This document shows, piece by piece, positions 42,288 through 50,998 of a DNA stretch of 64,000 bases; position 1 is the first letter of the stretch; every line of letters starts with the position of its first letter. A model generated the notes under the pieces. The model was given only the letters and a program-made list of their open reading frames with translations. It had not been told where the DNA came from and ran no database searches. The stretch covers positions 26,622-90,621 of the forward strand of contig CAYSKO010000008.1 in assembly GCA_964431835.1 (NCBI GenBank), in the 5' to 3' direction. This DNA is from an uncultured Planctomycetia bacterium (GTDB lineage: Bacteria; Omnitrophota; Gorgyraeia; 2-02-FULL-51-18). A program made the translations under genes and the position numbers.

Positions 42288-43032
42288 CGTCGCCTGCTTC
42301 GAGACGATGCGCGCCTACGGCGGACGCGTGTTCCATTTGGACGCGCACTTGGAGCGCCTCGAGGAGTCGTGTCGGGGTTTGGCGCGCCGTCTTCCCGCCG
42401 GCCGCCATGAGTTGTCCGCGTGGACGCGCGCGGTTCTCGCAGAGAGCGGGGAGGCCGACGCGGTGATCCGGTTGTCGGTCCATTGGGAGTGCAGTGGGCT
42501 CTACGTTTGGATGCTGCGCCCGTTCGTCGGGCATCCGGCCGCGTGGTACGAGACGGGCGTCGCCGTCCGGACGGGGACGCCGCGCCGTCCCTCGCCCCGC
42601 GCGCAGGAGGCGCAGGTGAAGGCGTCCCAGTTTGTGGCGGGCGTCCTCGCGCACCTGGATAAAAGCGGCCCCGAGCCCCACGAGATCCTATTCTTGAACG
42701 ACGCCGGAACACTCGCCGAAGGAACGGTTTCCAACGTTTTTGTCGTAAAGAAAAAAAGGCTTTTGACACCCCCTGCGGCATCGGGTATTTTAAGGGGGGT
42801 CACGCGCGGAACGGTGATCGAAATCGCGCGCGAGGAAGGATTTCCGCTCGTCGAAATCCCTCTCACGCGACACGATGTCTACTCCGCCGACGAGTGTTTC
42901 ATGACCAACACCTCGTCGGAAATTCTGCCGGTCGTGTCCGCCGACGCCCGGCGGATCGGCGACGGCAGGCCCGGTCCCGTCACGAGCGCGCTCGCACGCG
43001 CCTTCAAGCGAAAGGTTTCCGAATCCGTATGA
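42178..43032 (+). CDS. pabC: Class IV aminotransferase / aminodeoxychorismate lyase-like.
   Basis: Class IV motifs CFETMRAYGGRVF and ECFMTNTSSEILPV. Start is uncertain (ATG 42178 overlaps pabB by 110 nt; GTG 42214 is an alternative). Stop overlaps the purH ATG. Confidence 0.65.
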   Translation: MTKHFIRQRPFSVPSSAPSGHAEFSAASELDAAHLDSVACFETMRAYGGRVFHLDAHLERLEESCRGLARRLPAGRHELSAWTRAVLAESGEADAVIRLSVHWECSGLYVWMLRPFVGHPAAWYETGVAVRTGTPRRPSPRAQEAQVKASQFVAGVLAHLDKSGPEPHEILFLNDAGTLAEGTVSNVFVVKKKRLLTPPAASGILRGVTRGTVIEIAREEGFPLVEIPLTRHDVYSADECFMTNTSSEILPVVSADARRIGDGRPGPVTSALARAFKRKVSESV

Positions 43033-44576
43033 AGATCCAGCGCGCCCTCCTGAGTGTATTCGACAAGACCGGCATCGTTCCGTTCGCCCGAGCCCTCGAA
43101 GCGATGGGCGTCGAGATCGTTTCCACCGGCGGCACTGCCGATCTTCTGAAAATAGAAGGGATCGCGGTCGTCGACGTCTCGGCCGTCACGCGCTTCCCGG
43201 AAATGCTCGATGGCCGGGTGAAGACCCTCCACCCGAACCTTCACGCAGGCATCCTGGCCGTACGGGACGACAGAAAACACATGGCAACCCTCGCCGAGCA
43301 CGGCATCCGTCCGATAGACCTCCTGGTCGTGAACCTCTACCCGTTCGCGGAAACCCTCAAGAAAACCTCCGATCCCGAGAAGATCATTGAAATGATCGAC
43401 GTCGGCGGCCCTTCCATGCTGCGCGGCGCGGCAAAGAACCATCGTTTCGTCGCGGCGGTCTCCGACCCGGCCGATTATGCTCCCGTTCTCGAGGAGCTTT
43501 ACAACCGCGGATCTCTCGGCGAAACCACACGCCGCCGCCTCGCCGCCAAGGTGTTCGCGGCCACGGCGGAATACGACGCTTTGATCGCGGGTTGGTTCGC
43601 AGGCGGCATGTCCGCGGGCCATTCGAAGAACGGAGCGCTTCCGCACAAACTCGAACTCACCTTCGAAAAAGCGGCGGACCTGCGCTACGGCGAGAATCCG
43701 CACCAGAAGGGCGCGCTGTACCGCGAGCCTGGCGCCTCGGGCGTGGGCGACGCACAGAAGCTGAATGGAAAGGAGCTTTCATTCAACAACATCCTCGACC
43801 TCGACGCCGCCCTCGAGATGGTCGAGGCGTTCGACCGGCCGGCGTGCTCGATCGTGAAACACACGAGCCCGTGCGGTTTCGCCCTCGGCAAGGACGCGTC
43901 CGCGGCGTTCAAGGCCGCCTGGGCATGCGACCCGCTTTCGGCGTTCGGTTCGATCGTGGGATTCAACGGCGAGGTCGACGGCCGCACGGCGCGGGCGATG
44001 CTGGCGGCGGGTTTTATTGAGTGCGTGATCGCTAAGTCCTTTACGAAGGAGGCGCTCGAGCTTCTGCGCGCCAAGAAAAATCTCCGTCTTCTCGCCGCGA
44101 AGATCGGACGCCCGAACGTGGCTCCCGACTTCAAGCGCGTGAAAGGGGGGCTTCTCGTGCAGGACCGGGACCTCACGGACCCGTCCGCCGCAGACCTCAA
44201 GTTCCCGACGAAAAAAAAGCCCAAGCATTCACAGATTCCCGACCTTCTTTTCGCATTCAAGATCTGTCGGTATGTGAAATCCAACGCGATTGTGGTCGCC
44301 AAAGGCGGTATCACGCTCGGCATGGGGATGGGGCAGCCGTCGCGCGTCGATTCCTGCCTCACCGCGTTCCGCAAGGCGGGGAAGCGCGCCAAGGGCGCGG
44401 TGCTCGCCTCGGATGGCTTCTTCCCGAAGCCCGATTCGATCGCGCTCGCCAAGCGCGCGGGCATTACCGCGATCGTCCAGCCCGGTGGCTCCATTCAGGA
44501 CGAGGAAGTGATCCGCGCGTGCGATAAAGCCGGCATCGCGATGGCCTTCACGGGCGTGCGGCATTTCAAGCACTGA
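43029..44576 (+). CDS. purH: Bifunctional AICAR formyltransferase / IMP cyclohydrolase.
   Basis: 516 aa. MGS-like N-terminus MKIQRALLSVFDKTGIVPFARALEAMGVEIVSTGGTADLL and an AICARFT domain. ATG overlaps the pabC stop (ATGA). Confidence 0.9.
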   Translation: MKIQRALLSVFDKTGIVPFARALEAMGVEIVSTGGTADLLKIEGIAVVDVSAVTRFPEMLDGRVKTLHPNLHAGILAVRDDRKHMATLAEHGIRPIDLLVVNLYPFAETLKKTSDPEKIIEMIDVGGPSMLRGAAKNHRFVAAVSDPADYAPVLEELYNRGSLGETTRRRLAAKVFAATAEYDALIAGWFAGGMSAGHSKNGALPHKLELTFEKAADLRYGENPHQKGALYREPGASGVGDAQKLNGKELSFNNILDLDAALEMVEAFDRPACSIVKHTSPCGFALGKDASAAFKAAWACDPLSAFGSIVGFNGEVDGRTARAMLAAGFIECVIAKSFTKEALELLRAKKNLRLLAAKIGRPNVAPDFKRVKGGLLVQDRDLTDPSAADLKFPTKKKPKHSQIPDLLFAFKICRYVKSNAIVVAKGGITLGMGMGQPSRVDSCLTAFRKAGKRAKGAVLASDGFFPKPDSIALAKRAGITAIVQPGGSIQDEEVIRACDKAGIAMAFTGVRHFKH

Positions 44577-44577
44577 T

Positions 44578-45900
44578 TTGGAGAAACACTGCCGGATTCT
44601 CGGCGTCCGTCCTGGCGCCTCGACGAATGAGATCCGAAAGGCCTACCACGAACTCATCAAAGTCTGGCACCCCGACCGCTTCCCGAACGACCCGTCGCTC
44701 CAGCAAAAAGCGCTCGAAAAAACCAAAGAGATCACAGAGGCTTACCGCGCGTTGAGCGGGCCTGAGGGGTCCGCGCCGTCGGCGGATCGCGTTGCGCCCA
44801 ACCGCGCAGCCTGGCACCCGGCCCGTGCGGCGGCCGCCGCCGCGCGCGTTCTGCGTCCGCGCCGGGACGCCTCGGGCGTCCGCGCGTTCGTCGTCTTCAC
44901 GCTCACGGGCGGTGTGCTCCTGGGCGCTGCGTACGCCCTCCTTGTTTTCAGCGAAAATTCCCGTAAGGTCATGGTGAACGGCGTTTCCTTCAACGAATGG
45001 GAATGGGGCCTCAATTTCCGTGTCGGTTCGACGAAGGACGAGGTGATGGCGGTCCAGGGAGCCCCTGACCGGATCGAAGGTGACACGTGGTTCTACGGCA
45101 ATGACTCGGTTCGCTTCGCTTCCGACGCCCGCGTCGTGAATTTTTCCAACGCCGGAGGCGCTTTAAGGATCAGGGAAACGACGCCCCCGCCCCAGGCCCC
45201 GGTCCCGGCCTTCTTCACCCTCGGTTCGACTAAAGAGGAAGTTCTCGCGACGCAGGGCAAACCCACCCGGGAAGCCGGAGACGAATGGCGATGGGGGGAA
45301 GACGCCGTTTTTTTCTCGAAGGGCCGCGCCGCGCACTACGACAACTCCTCGGGTCGCCTGCGTGTGAAGGTGTTTCCTTCGACAAGCGTGAACGTGGCCA
45401 AGGATTCGGCATTCGGGCTCGGTGCAACGAAAGACGACGTGCTCGCGATACAGGGAACTCCGTCCCGCATGGCGGGAGACCGCTGGCATTACGGTCTCGA
45501 CACCGTTCTTTTTTCGCGCGGCCGCCTGTTCGGTTTCTCGAACGCCGCGCGCGGACTCAGAATCCGCTTCGTGCCTTTGAAGCCCGTTTCGGCGCCTCCG
45601 GGAGCACGTTTCACCGTCGGATCTACCGCCGACGACGTGATCGCGGTTCAGGGCACGCCGACGCGGGTGGACGGAGACCTCTGGTATTGGGACAAGGACT
45701 CCGCCACGTTCGCGGCCGGGCGCGTCGTTTCCTTCACGAACCGCACCGGTTTCTTGAAGGGCATGATTCTTGTGTCCAAGCCTCCCTCGAAACCCGCTCC
45801 CGCAAAGCCCACACCCGCTTCACCCGCTCCGTCGACGGGCGCGCGTAAACCGAGTGGATGGGAAGACACGCGTTTCGAAGATAAAGAAACGAAGCTTTGA
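44578..45900 (+). CDS. Membrane-anchored J-domain protein (DjlA-like) with four periplasmic BamE/SmpA-OmlA-like repeats.
   Basis: J-domain with HPD (ILGVRPGASTNEIRKAYHELIKVWHPDRF). TM helix AFVVFTLTGGVLLGAAYALLVF. Four ~58-aa tandem repeats of the form GSTKDEV.AVQG.P.R..GD.W.YG.D...F. TTG start (uncertain). Confidence 0.7.
   Translation: MEKHCRILGVRPGASTNEIRKAYHELIKVWHPDRFPNDPSLQQKALEKTKEITEAYRALSGPEGSAPSADRVAPNRAAWHPARAAAAAARVLRPRRDASGVRAFVVFTLTGGVLLGAAYALLVFSENSRKVMVNGVSFNEWEWGLNFRVGSTKDEVMAVQGAPDRIEGDTWFYGNDSVRFASDARVVNFSNAGGALRIRETTPPPQAPVPAFFTLGSTKEEVLATQGKPTREAGDEWRWGEDAVFFSKGRAAHYDNSSGRLRVKVFPSTSVNVAKDSAFGLGATKDDVLAIQGTPSRMAGDRWHYGLDTVLFSRGRLFGFSNAARGLRIRFVPLKPVSAPPGARFTVGSTADDVIAVQGTPTRVDGDLWYWDKDSATFAAGRVVSFTNRTGFLKGMILVSKPPSKPAPAKPTPASPAPSTGARKPSGWEDTRFEDKETKL
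45019..45745 (+). repeat. Four tandem ~174-bp coding repeats (BamE-like modules) inside the J-domain gene.
   Basis: The protein-level repeats GSTKDEVMAVQGAPDRIEGDTWFYG, GSTKEEVLATQGKPTREAGDEWRWG, GATKDDVLAIQGTPSRMAGDRWHYG and GSTADDVIAVQGTPTRVDGDLWYWD are divergent at the DNA level. Confidence 0.6.
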
Positions 45901-45974
45901 TATAATAAGAACAGAAAACTCGAAGCGTCTGCGGCGGCCTGAGGGATTCCCCGCCTTCTCCCCTGGCGTAAGTT

Positions 45975-46010
45975 AGCGTTTTTTAATCCAATTCTAAGCG
46001 TTTTTTAATC
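45975..46010 (+). repeat. Two copies of the 14-mer AGCGTTTTTTAATC as a direct repeat 22 bp apart (candidate regulator-binding sites).
   Basis: Copies at 45975-45988 and 45997-46010 in the 160-nt intergenic region upstream of the Gly/Pro-rich secreted protein gene. Confidence 0.5.
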
Positions 46011-46060
46011 TGGCTTTTGTTAGGCTGTTCTCGGCGCAGGGTGCGCGCCGAGGAGGGTTT

Positions 46061-46870
46061 ATGAAAAAAATTCTGGGAGCTTTTTTCCTTTTACTCGCGG
46101 CGACGGCGCCGGCGATGGCTGAGGACGTATCCGGCGGCGGTGATTTCATCGGCGACGACGGAAATTCGGGCCGCGGCAACGGCGGTTTCGGCGATGACGA
46201 CGATCGCGGCGGAGGCCGCGGGCGTGACGACGACGGTTTCGGGAACGGCCCCGACGGAAATCCCGGCCTCGGCGGTGATCCCGTGAATCCGGGCCCCGGT
46301 CCGACCGATCCGTTCGGCGGCGGAGGCGGTGGTGGATTCGAACCTCAATTGCCTCCCGTATTCGAGCCTCCGACTCCTACGCCGTCTCCGATAACGCCCA
46401 GTCCCACACCGGGGCCGGTAGATCCGGGACCTTCGTTTCCGGCACCGACTCCGATGCCCAATCCCGTTTTCGAGTCGCCGGTCATGAACCCCGCTCCGAT
46501 CAATAGCGGCGTGATGCCATCCACAGTGAACCAGGCGAGGCGGGACCCGACCGTGAGCGTTTACTCCCAGTCGAGCTCCTCGGCTTGGGTGGAAGGCGAT
46601 CCGTACAGCGTCGCCGGCGCCGGGGCCGTGCCCGAGAGCTCTCCCCAGGCGATGCTCCGCTCCGCACCCGATTCGAGCTTCGTTTGGGTGGTCAGCGGAG
46701 AGGTGGTCTCGAAAAATGGCACGAGCGTGACGATCCGCGACCGCCGCCGGAAGCAGACGACCATCTTCGCCGAGCCGGGCGTCGTGGGCTCGCTGCGTAA
46801 AGGAAGTATGATTCAGGCGACGATGGTCCCCGGCAGCAACCGGGCGAAGTCGCTCCAAAAGCTCTCGTAA
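46061..46870 (+). CDS. Secreted low-complexity Gly/Asp/Pro-rich protein.
   Basis: Signal peptide MKKILGAFFLLLAATAPAMA. Long GGxGDD / PxPxP low-complexity tracts. No enzymatic motif. Confidence 0.45.
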   Translation: MKKILGAFFLLLAATAPAMAEDVSGGGDFIGDDGNSGRGNGGFGDDDDRGGGRGRDDDGFGNGPDGNPGLGGDPVNPGPGPTDPFGGGGGGGFEPQLPPVFEPPTPTPSPITPSPTPGPVDPGPSFPAPTPMPNPVFESPVMNPAPINSGVMPSTVNQARRDPTVSVYSQSSSSAWVEGDPYSVAGAGAVPESSPQAMLRSAPDSSFVWVVSGEVVSKNGTSVTIRDRRRKQTTIFAEPGVVGSLRKGSMIQATMVPGSNRAKSLQKLS

Positions 46871-46894
46871 CCAAAAAAAGAACGTTTCGCGCTA

Positions 46895-46922
46895 AAGGGC
46901 CGCTCCTCGGGGGGCGGCCCTT
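46895..46922 (+). terminator. Rho-independent terminator candidate.
   Basis: Perfect 9-bp stem AAGGGCCGC (46895-46903) pairing with GCGGCCCTT (46914-46922) around a 10-nt loop. A weak T tract follows. Confidence 0.45.
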
Positions 46923-46926
46923 CCAT

Positions 46927-46955
46927 TTGTCACGGGTCGTGGAATCCGATACAAT
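46927..46955 (+). promoter_or_regulatory. Sigma70-like promoter for the TPR gene: TTGTCA-N17-TACAAT.
   Basis: TTGTCA at 46927-46932 and TACAAT at 46950-46955. ATG at 46962. Confidence 0.45.
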
Positions 46956-46961
46956 CGAGCC

Positions 46962-47708
46962 ATGAGACGCCTTCCGTTCCTTCTTTCGACTCTTCTTTTC
47001 TGCGCGCCGGTCTCGGCCGCGCCCCAAGCTCCCGCTCGAACGCTCTTCGAGGAGGGCGCGGCCCATCTCGAGGCGGGCCGCTACGCTGAGGCCGAAAAAT
47101 CCTTCACGGACTGCCTCAAACTTCTCGAGCCCAAGTCCGTGGCGCTCGCGGATGCTTCCTTCAATCTCGGGCTCGCGCAAGCCAATCAGGGCCGCTATGA
47201 GGAAGCCTCCGCCACCTTCCGAAAAACGATCGAAACCGATCCGGGCCGCGCGGACGCGCGTCTTTTTTTGGGCACCTGTCTCAGGGTCACGGGCGACTGG
47301 TCCGGCGCCGTCGCCCAGCTCGTCGAGACTCTTCGTCTGGATCCCGACAACGCCCGCGCGCACGACGAGCTCTGGCAGGCCTACGCGGAGTTTGGTGCCA
47401 AATACGGCTATGACGAAGAATTGGTCTTCCGGCAGTACTACCATATCGAGCGGCTGCTCAAGGCCGATTCGGGTTATGAAAAGCGCCACCCGGGAATTTT
47501 TCGGGAACTCAAAATCCTCACGCGGATCGATTTTCTGCTTGATCAGGACGGCTCGCGGCGCGTGCGGCGCGGGCAGAACGAGGAAGAACCGACGGTCGTC
47601 GAAGAGGTCGAGAAGGGGGTTCCCTCCGCCCAGATTCCGGCGCTTCCCGACGACGGCATCCCGGCCGAAGAAAAGCTGATGGCCCTCGTGAACGCGAAAC
47701 GTCGCTAG
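46962..47708 (+). CDS. Secreted TPR-repeat protein.
   Basis: Signal peptide MRRLPFLLSTLLFCAPVSAAP. Tetratricopeptide-like repeats (AEKSFTDCLKL..., YEEASATFRKTIETDPGRADARLFLG...). Confidence 0.55.
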   Translation: MRRLPFLLSTLLFCAPVSAAPQAPARTLFEEGAAHLEAGRYAEAEKSFTDCLKLLEPKSVALADASFNLGLAQANQGRYEEASATFRKTIETDPGRADARLFLGTCLRVTGDWSGAVAQLVETLRLDPDNARAHDELWQAYAEFGAKYGYDEELVFRQYYHIERLLKADSGYEKRHPGIFRELKILTRIDFLLDQDGSRRVRRGQNEEEPTVVEEVEKGVPSAQIPALPDDGIPAEEKLMALVNAKRR

Positions 47709-47721
47709 GAGCGCCTTTTAA

Positions 47722-49053
47722 GTGAATTACGAAGAATCGATCGAGTACGTCCAGTCGTTCGTCGATCACGAGCGCGCCGCGGATTGGGTATACCCCGAGG
47801 CGTTCAAGCTCGACCGCATGCACCGCCTCTGTAAGGACCTCGGTAATCCCCAGAACGCGTTCGAGTCCGCGATCGTCGCGGGTTCGAAAGGCAAAGGTTC
47901 CGTGGCTACGATTCTCGCGTCTATCCTGCGGATGGAAAATTACAAGGTCGGTCTTTACACCTCGCCGCACCTCATCGACCTGCGCGAACGAATTCGCGTA
48001 AACGGTTTGTGTGTGAGTGAGGTGCGGTTCGCCGAGTACGTGTCGATGTTTCGAAAGCTACTCGATACGTCCGCGTGGCGCAAGGACCCGCCGACGTACT
48101 TCGAGGTACTGACCGCGATGGCGTTTCACCATTTTCGTGAGATGAAGGTACATGTCGCCGTGCTGGAAGTCGGGCTGGGCGGCCTCTACGATTCCACGAA
48201 TGTGGCCCCGGCTAAAGTGGCGGGTTTGGCGCCCATCAGCCTCGAGCATACCGACAGGCTCGGAAAGACCGTAGCCAAGATCGCCGTCCAGAAGGCGGGA
48301 ATCATCAAAGGGCGTGAAATCGTCGTGTCGGCGCCTCAAGCCCCCGACGCCGAAGCCGTGATCGAACGCGCCGCGCGCGACCGCGAAGCCGAGCTTTTAC
48401 GCGTGGGCCGCGAGGTGAAAGTCTTCCCGCGGGACTATTCGGACGAATCCCAGAAATTCGACGTGCGCACGCCCTATGGAAACCATTTCGATCTCGAGAT
48501 ACGCCTTCTCGGCCGTCATCAGATCGACAACGCGGCGGTGGCCGTCGCGATGGCCGAAGCTCTCACGAAGAAAACCCGTCTCACAGTGACGGCCGAGGCG
48601 ATCCGGCGCGGAACGCTCGACGCGCACTGGCCCGGCCGCCTCGAGCGCGTCGCACGCGATCCGGACATTGTCTTCGACGGCGCGCAGAACCCCGACAGCG
48701 CAGAAAAACTCGTGGCCGCGCTCAAAAGGCATTTCCACTGGCGGCGGCTCCTGGTCGTGATGGGCGTCTCCTCCGACAAAGATGCGGCCGGCATTCTCGC
48801 GCAGCTTCTTCCGGAGACGGCCTGCCTTTGGGCCACGCGCTCGACCAATCCCCGCGCGCTCGCGCCCGGGGAGATCGCGCGTGAGGCCGAGGGTTTCACG
48901 GGTGAGGTTTTCGTCGAACCCGATTTCCGTGTCGCATTCCGCGCCGCGCGCGCTTCGGCACGGCCCAACGACATGGTGCTTGTCACCGGGTCCCTTTTCC
49001 TGGTGGGGGACGTGAAGGCCGCGTTTTCCAAGGAGCTCGAAGAAAGATGGTGA
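47722..49053 (+). CDS. folC: Bifunctional folylpolyglutamate synthase / dihydrofolate synthase.
   Basis: Mur-ligase-family P-loop GSKGKGS with FolC-like overall sequence. GTG start. Overlaps mnmE by 7 nt. Confidence 0.8.
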   Translation: MNYEESIEYVQSFVDHERAADWVYPEAFKLDRMHRLCKDLGNPQNAFESAIVAGSKGKGSVATILASILRMENYKVGLYTSPHLIDLRERIRVNGLCVSEVRFAEYVSMFRKLLDTSAWRKDPPTYFEVLTAMAFHHFREMKVHVAVLEVGLGGLYDSTNVAPAKVAGLAPISLEHTDRLGKTVAKIAVQKAGIIKGREIVVSAPQAPDAEAVIERAARDREAELLRVGREVKVFPRDYSDESQKFDVRTPYGNHFDLEIRLLGRHQIDNAAVAVAMAEALTKKTRLTVTAEAIRRGTLDAHWPGRLERVARDPDIVFDGAQNPDSAEKLVAALKRHFHWRRLLVVMGVSSDKDAAGILAQLLPETACLWATRSTNPRALAPGEIAREAEGFTGEVFVEPDFRVAFRAARASARPNDMVLVTGSLFLVGDVKAAFSKELEERW

Positions 49054-50447
49054 TCCGGGGGTTCGACGACGACACGATCGCCGCGATCGCGACGGCGCCC
49101 GGAGAAGGCGGCATCGGAATCGTCCGCTTGTCGGGCCGCAGTGCTCTCGAGATCGGCGACCGCATCTTCCGCGCGAAAACCGGTACGCCCGTGTCCCGTC
49201 AGAAGAGCTTCGCTGCGCGCTATGGTCACGTCGTCCGGGAGAGCGACTGTTCGTCGCGGGCCGTCGACGAGGCAATTGCGCTCGTCATGCGTGCCCCTAA
49301 AAGCTACACCTGCGAAGACGTCCTCGAGATCCATGCGCACGGCGGCTCGGCGGTGCTGCGCGAGGTGCTCGATCTCGCGCTCCGCGCGGGTGCACGTTTG
49401 GCCGAACCCGGAGAATTCACCAAGCGCGCTTTCCTGAACGGTCGTCTCGATCTGCTCCAGGCGGAGGCCGTGATCGACCTCATCCGTTCAAAGACCGCGC
49501 TCGCTCGGCGCTGGGCGTCGTCCCAGCTCGAAGGCGCTCTTTCTTCGCGTGTGCGCGAAATACGAGACGCGCTCGTCTCGGCGCTCGCTCGTCTCGAGGC
49601 TTCGATTGATTTTCCCGAAGACGCTCCCGAGGCGGACGCGCCGCCCGAGGTCGTGCGGGAGCTCGAATCGGCCGCGGCGATCCTGGCCGAGCTCACCGCC
49701 GGCGCCGAGTGGGGCAAGCTCCTGCGCCGCGGACTTTCGGCCGCCATCGTCGGCCGCCCGAACGTGGGCAAGTCGAGCCTCCTCAACGCGCTGGCAGGCG
49801 AGGACCGCGCGATCGTGACTCCGCACGCCGGTACGACGCGCGATGTGGTAGAGGCCGAGATTCAAGTAGGTGGTTTTCCGCTGCGCCTCTCCGACACCGC
49901 AGGCCTGCGCGAAACCGATCATCCCGTCGAACGCGAGGGGATCGCGCGCTCGAAGCGCGCGGCTTCCGGCGCCGAAATCCTCCTTTGCGTGTTTGACGCG
50001 AGCCGTCCGCTCGAACCCGAAGACCGCGCATTCTTCGATTCCTACGCGGACCGCGAACGGATCGCGGTCCTCAATAAAGCCGATCTCGGCATGAAGATCG
50101 ATTCCGCCGCTCTCACCGGGCCCGGCGTGCGCGCGGTGGTGGCCTGTTCGACGTTGCACCCGGATGGCATCAAGGTGTTAGAGGAGGAAATTTATAGATT
50201 CGTAGTGGGCGGCGAAGCCGAGATTCCCGAAGACGCCGTCGTCAGTTCGGTACGCCAAAAGGAGCACTTGGACCGCACGGCCGCAAGCGTCCGCGAGGCG
50301 CTCGCCTCCTGCCGGGCAGGGCTCTCCCCAGAGCTGACGGCGGTCGATGTGCGTGTAGGACTCGACCACTTGGGGCTTTTGGTGGGCGAAGTGGTGACCG
50401 ATGACGTCCTAGACGCCCTTTTCGGACGTTTCTGTATCGGAAAGTGA
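49047..50447 (+). CDS. mnmE: tRNA modification GTPase MnmE (TrmE).
   Basis: G1 motif IVGRPNVGKSSLLNAL, DTAG and C-terminal CIGK. N-terminal domain DTIAAIATAPGEGGIGIVRLSG. Confidence 0.9.
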   Translation: MVIRGFDDDTIAAIATAPGEGGIGIVRLSGRSALEIGDRIFRAKTGTPVSRQKSFAARYGHVVRESDCSSRAVDEAIALVMRAPKSYTCEDVLEIHAHGGSAVLREVLDLALRAGARLAEPGEFTKRAFLNGRLDLLQAEAVIDLIRSKTALARRWASSQLEGALSSRVREIRDALVSALARLEASIDFPEDAPEADAPPEVVRELESAAAILAELTAGAEWGKLLRRGLSAAIVGRPNVGKSSLLNALAGEDRAIVTPHAGTTRDVVEAEIQVGGFPLRLSDTAGLRETDHPVEREGIARSKRAASGAEILLCVFDASRPLEPEDRAFFDSYADRERIAVLNKADLGMKIDSAALTGPGVRAVVACSTLHPDGIKVLEEEIYRFVVGGEAEIPEDAVVSSVRQKEHLDRTAASVREALASCRAGLSPELTAVDVRVGLDHLGLLVGEVVTDDVLDALFGRFCIGK

Positions 50448-50464
50448 CCGTTCCAAAGCTTTTC

Positions 50465-50494
50465 TTGCCTATTTTCGGCAGGGGACTATATAAT
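50465..50494 (+). promoter_or_regulatory. Sigma70-like promoter: TTGCCT-N18-TATAAT.
   Basis: TTGCCT at 50465-50470 and TATAAT at 50489-50494, upstream of the DUF212 gene. Confidence 0.4.
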
Positions 50495-50523
50495 GAAGCC
50501 GCTTAAAAGAACGATAGGATTTT

Positions 50524-50994
50524 ATGGGATTGATTAGCCCTGACTCTTTTTTCGTCCAGCTCGGCCGGAACAAAATACTGGTTACGACTTTCTTGGCCTG
50601 GGCTATCGCCCAATGCCTGAAGGTCTTGATCGGTTATTTCCGTGAAAAACGGTTTAATTTCAAATGGCTCATCCGTTCAGGTGGCATGCCGAGCTCGCAT
50701 TCGGCGCTTTCGATGAGCCTGACGACGTCGATGGGTCTTTATTACGGGTTCGATTCGGGTCTTTTCGCAATGTCGCTGGGATTCGCGGCGATCACGATGT
50801 TCGATGCGCAAGGGGTACGCCGCCACAGCGGCCGCCAGGCCGCCGCGCTCAACCGGATTTTGGACGACCTGTACGCGCACAAAGGTATCCAGCAGGAGCC
50901 CCTCAAGGAGCTCCTGGGTCACGCGCCGGTGGAGGTTTACGCCGGCGGACTTTTGGGGATCGTGGTCGCGATTTTGTTCTACAGCCGAGGATAA
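50524..50994 (+). CDS. Divergent PAP2 / DUF212 family membrane protein (acid phosphatase/vanadium haloperoxidase-related).
   Basis: 156 aa with TM helices and a GGMPSSHSAL signature. Confidence 0.65.
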   Translation: MGLISPDSFFVQLGRNKILVTTFLAWAIAQCLKVLIGYFREKRFNFKWLIRSGGMPSSHSALSMSLTTSMGLYYGFDSGLFAMSLGFAAITMFDAQGVRRHSGRQAAALNRILDDLYAHKGIQQEPLKELLGHAPVEVYAGGLLGIVVAILFYSRG

Positions 50995-50998
50995 GCCC

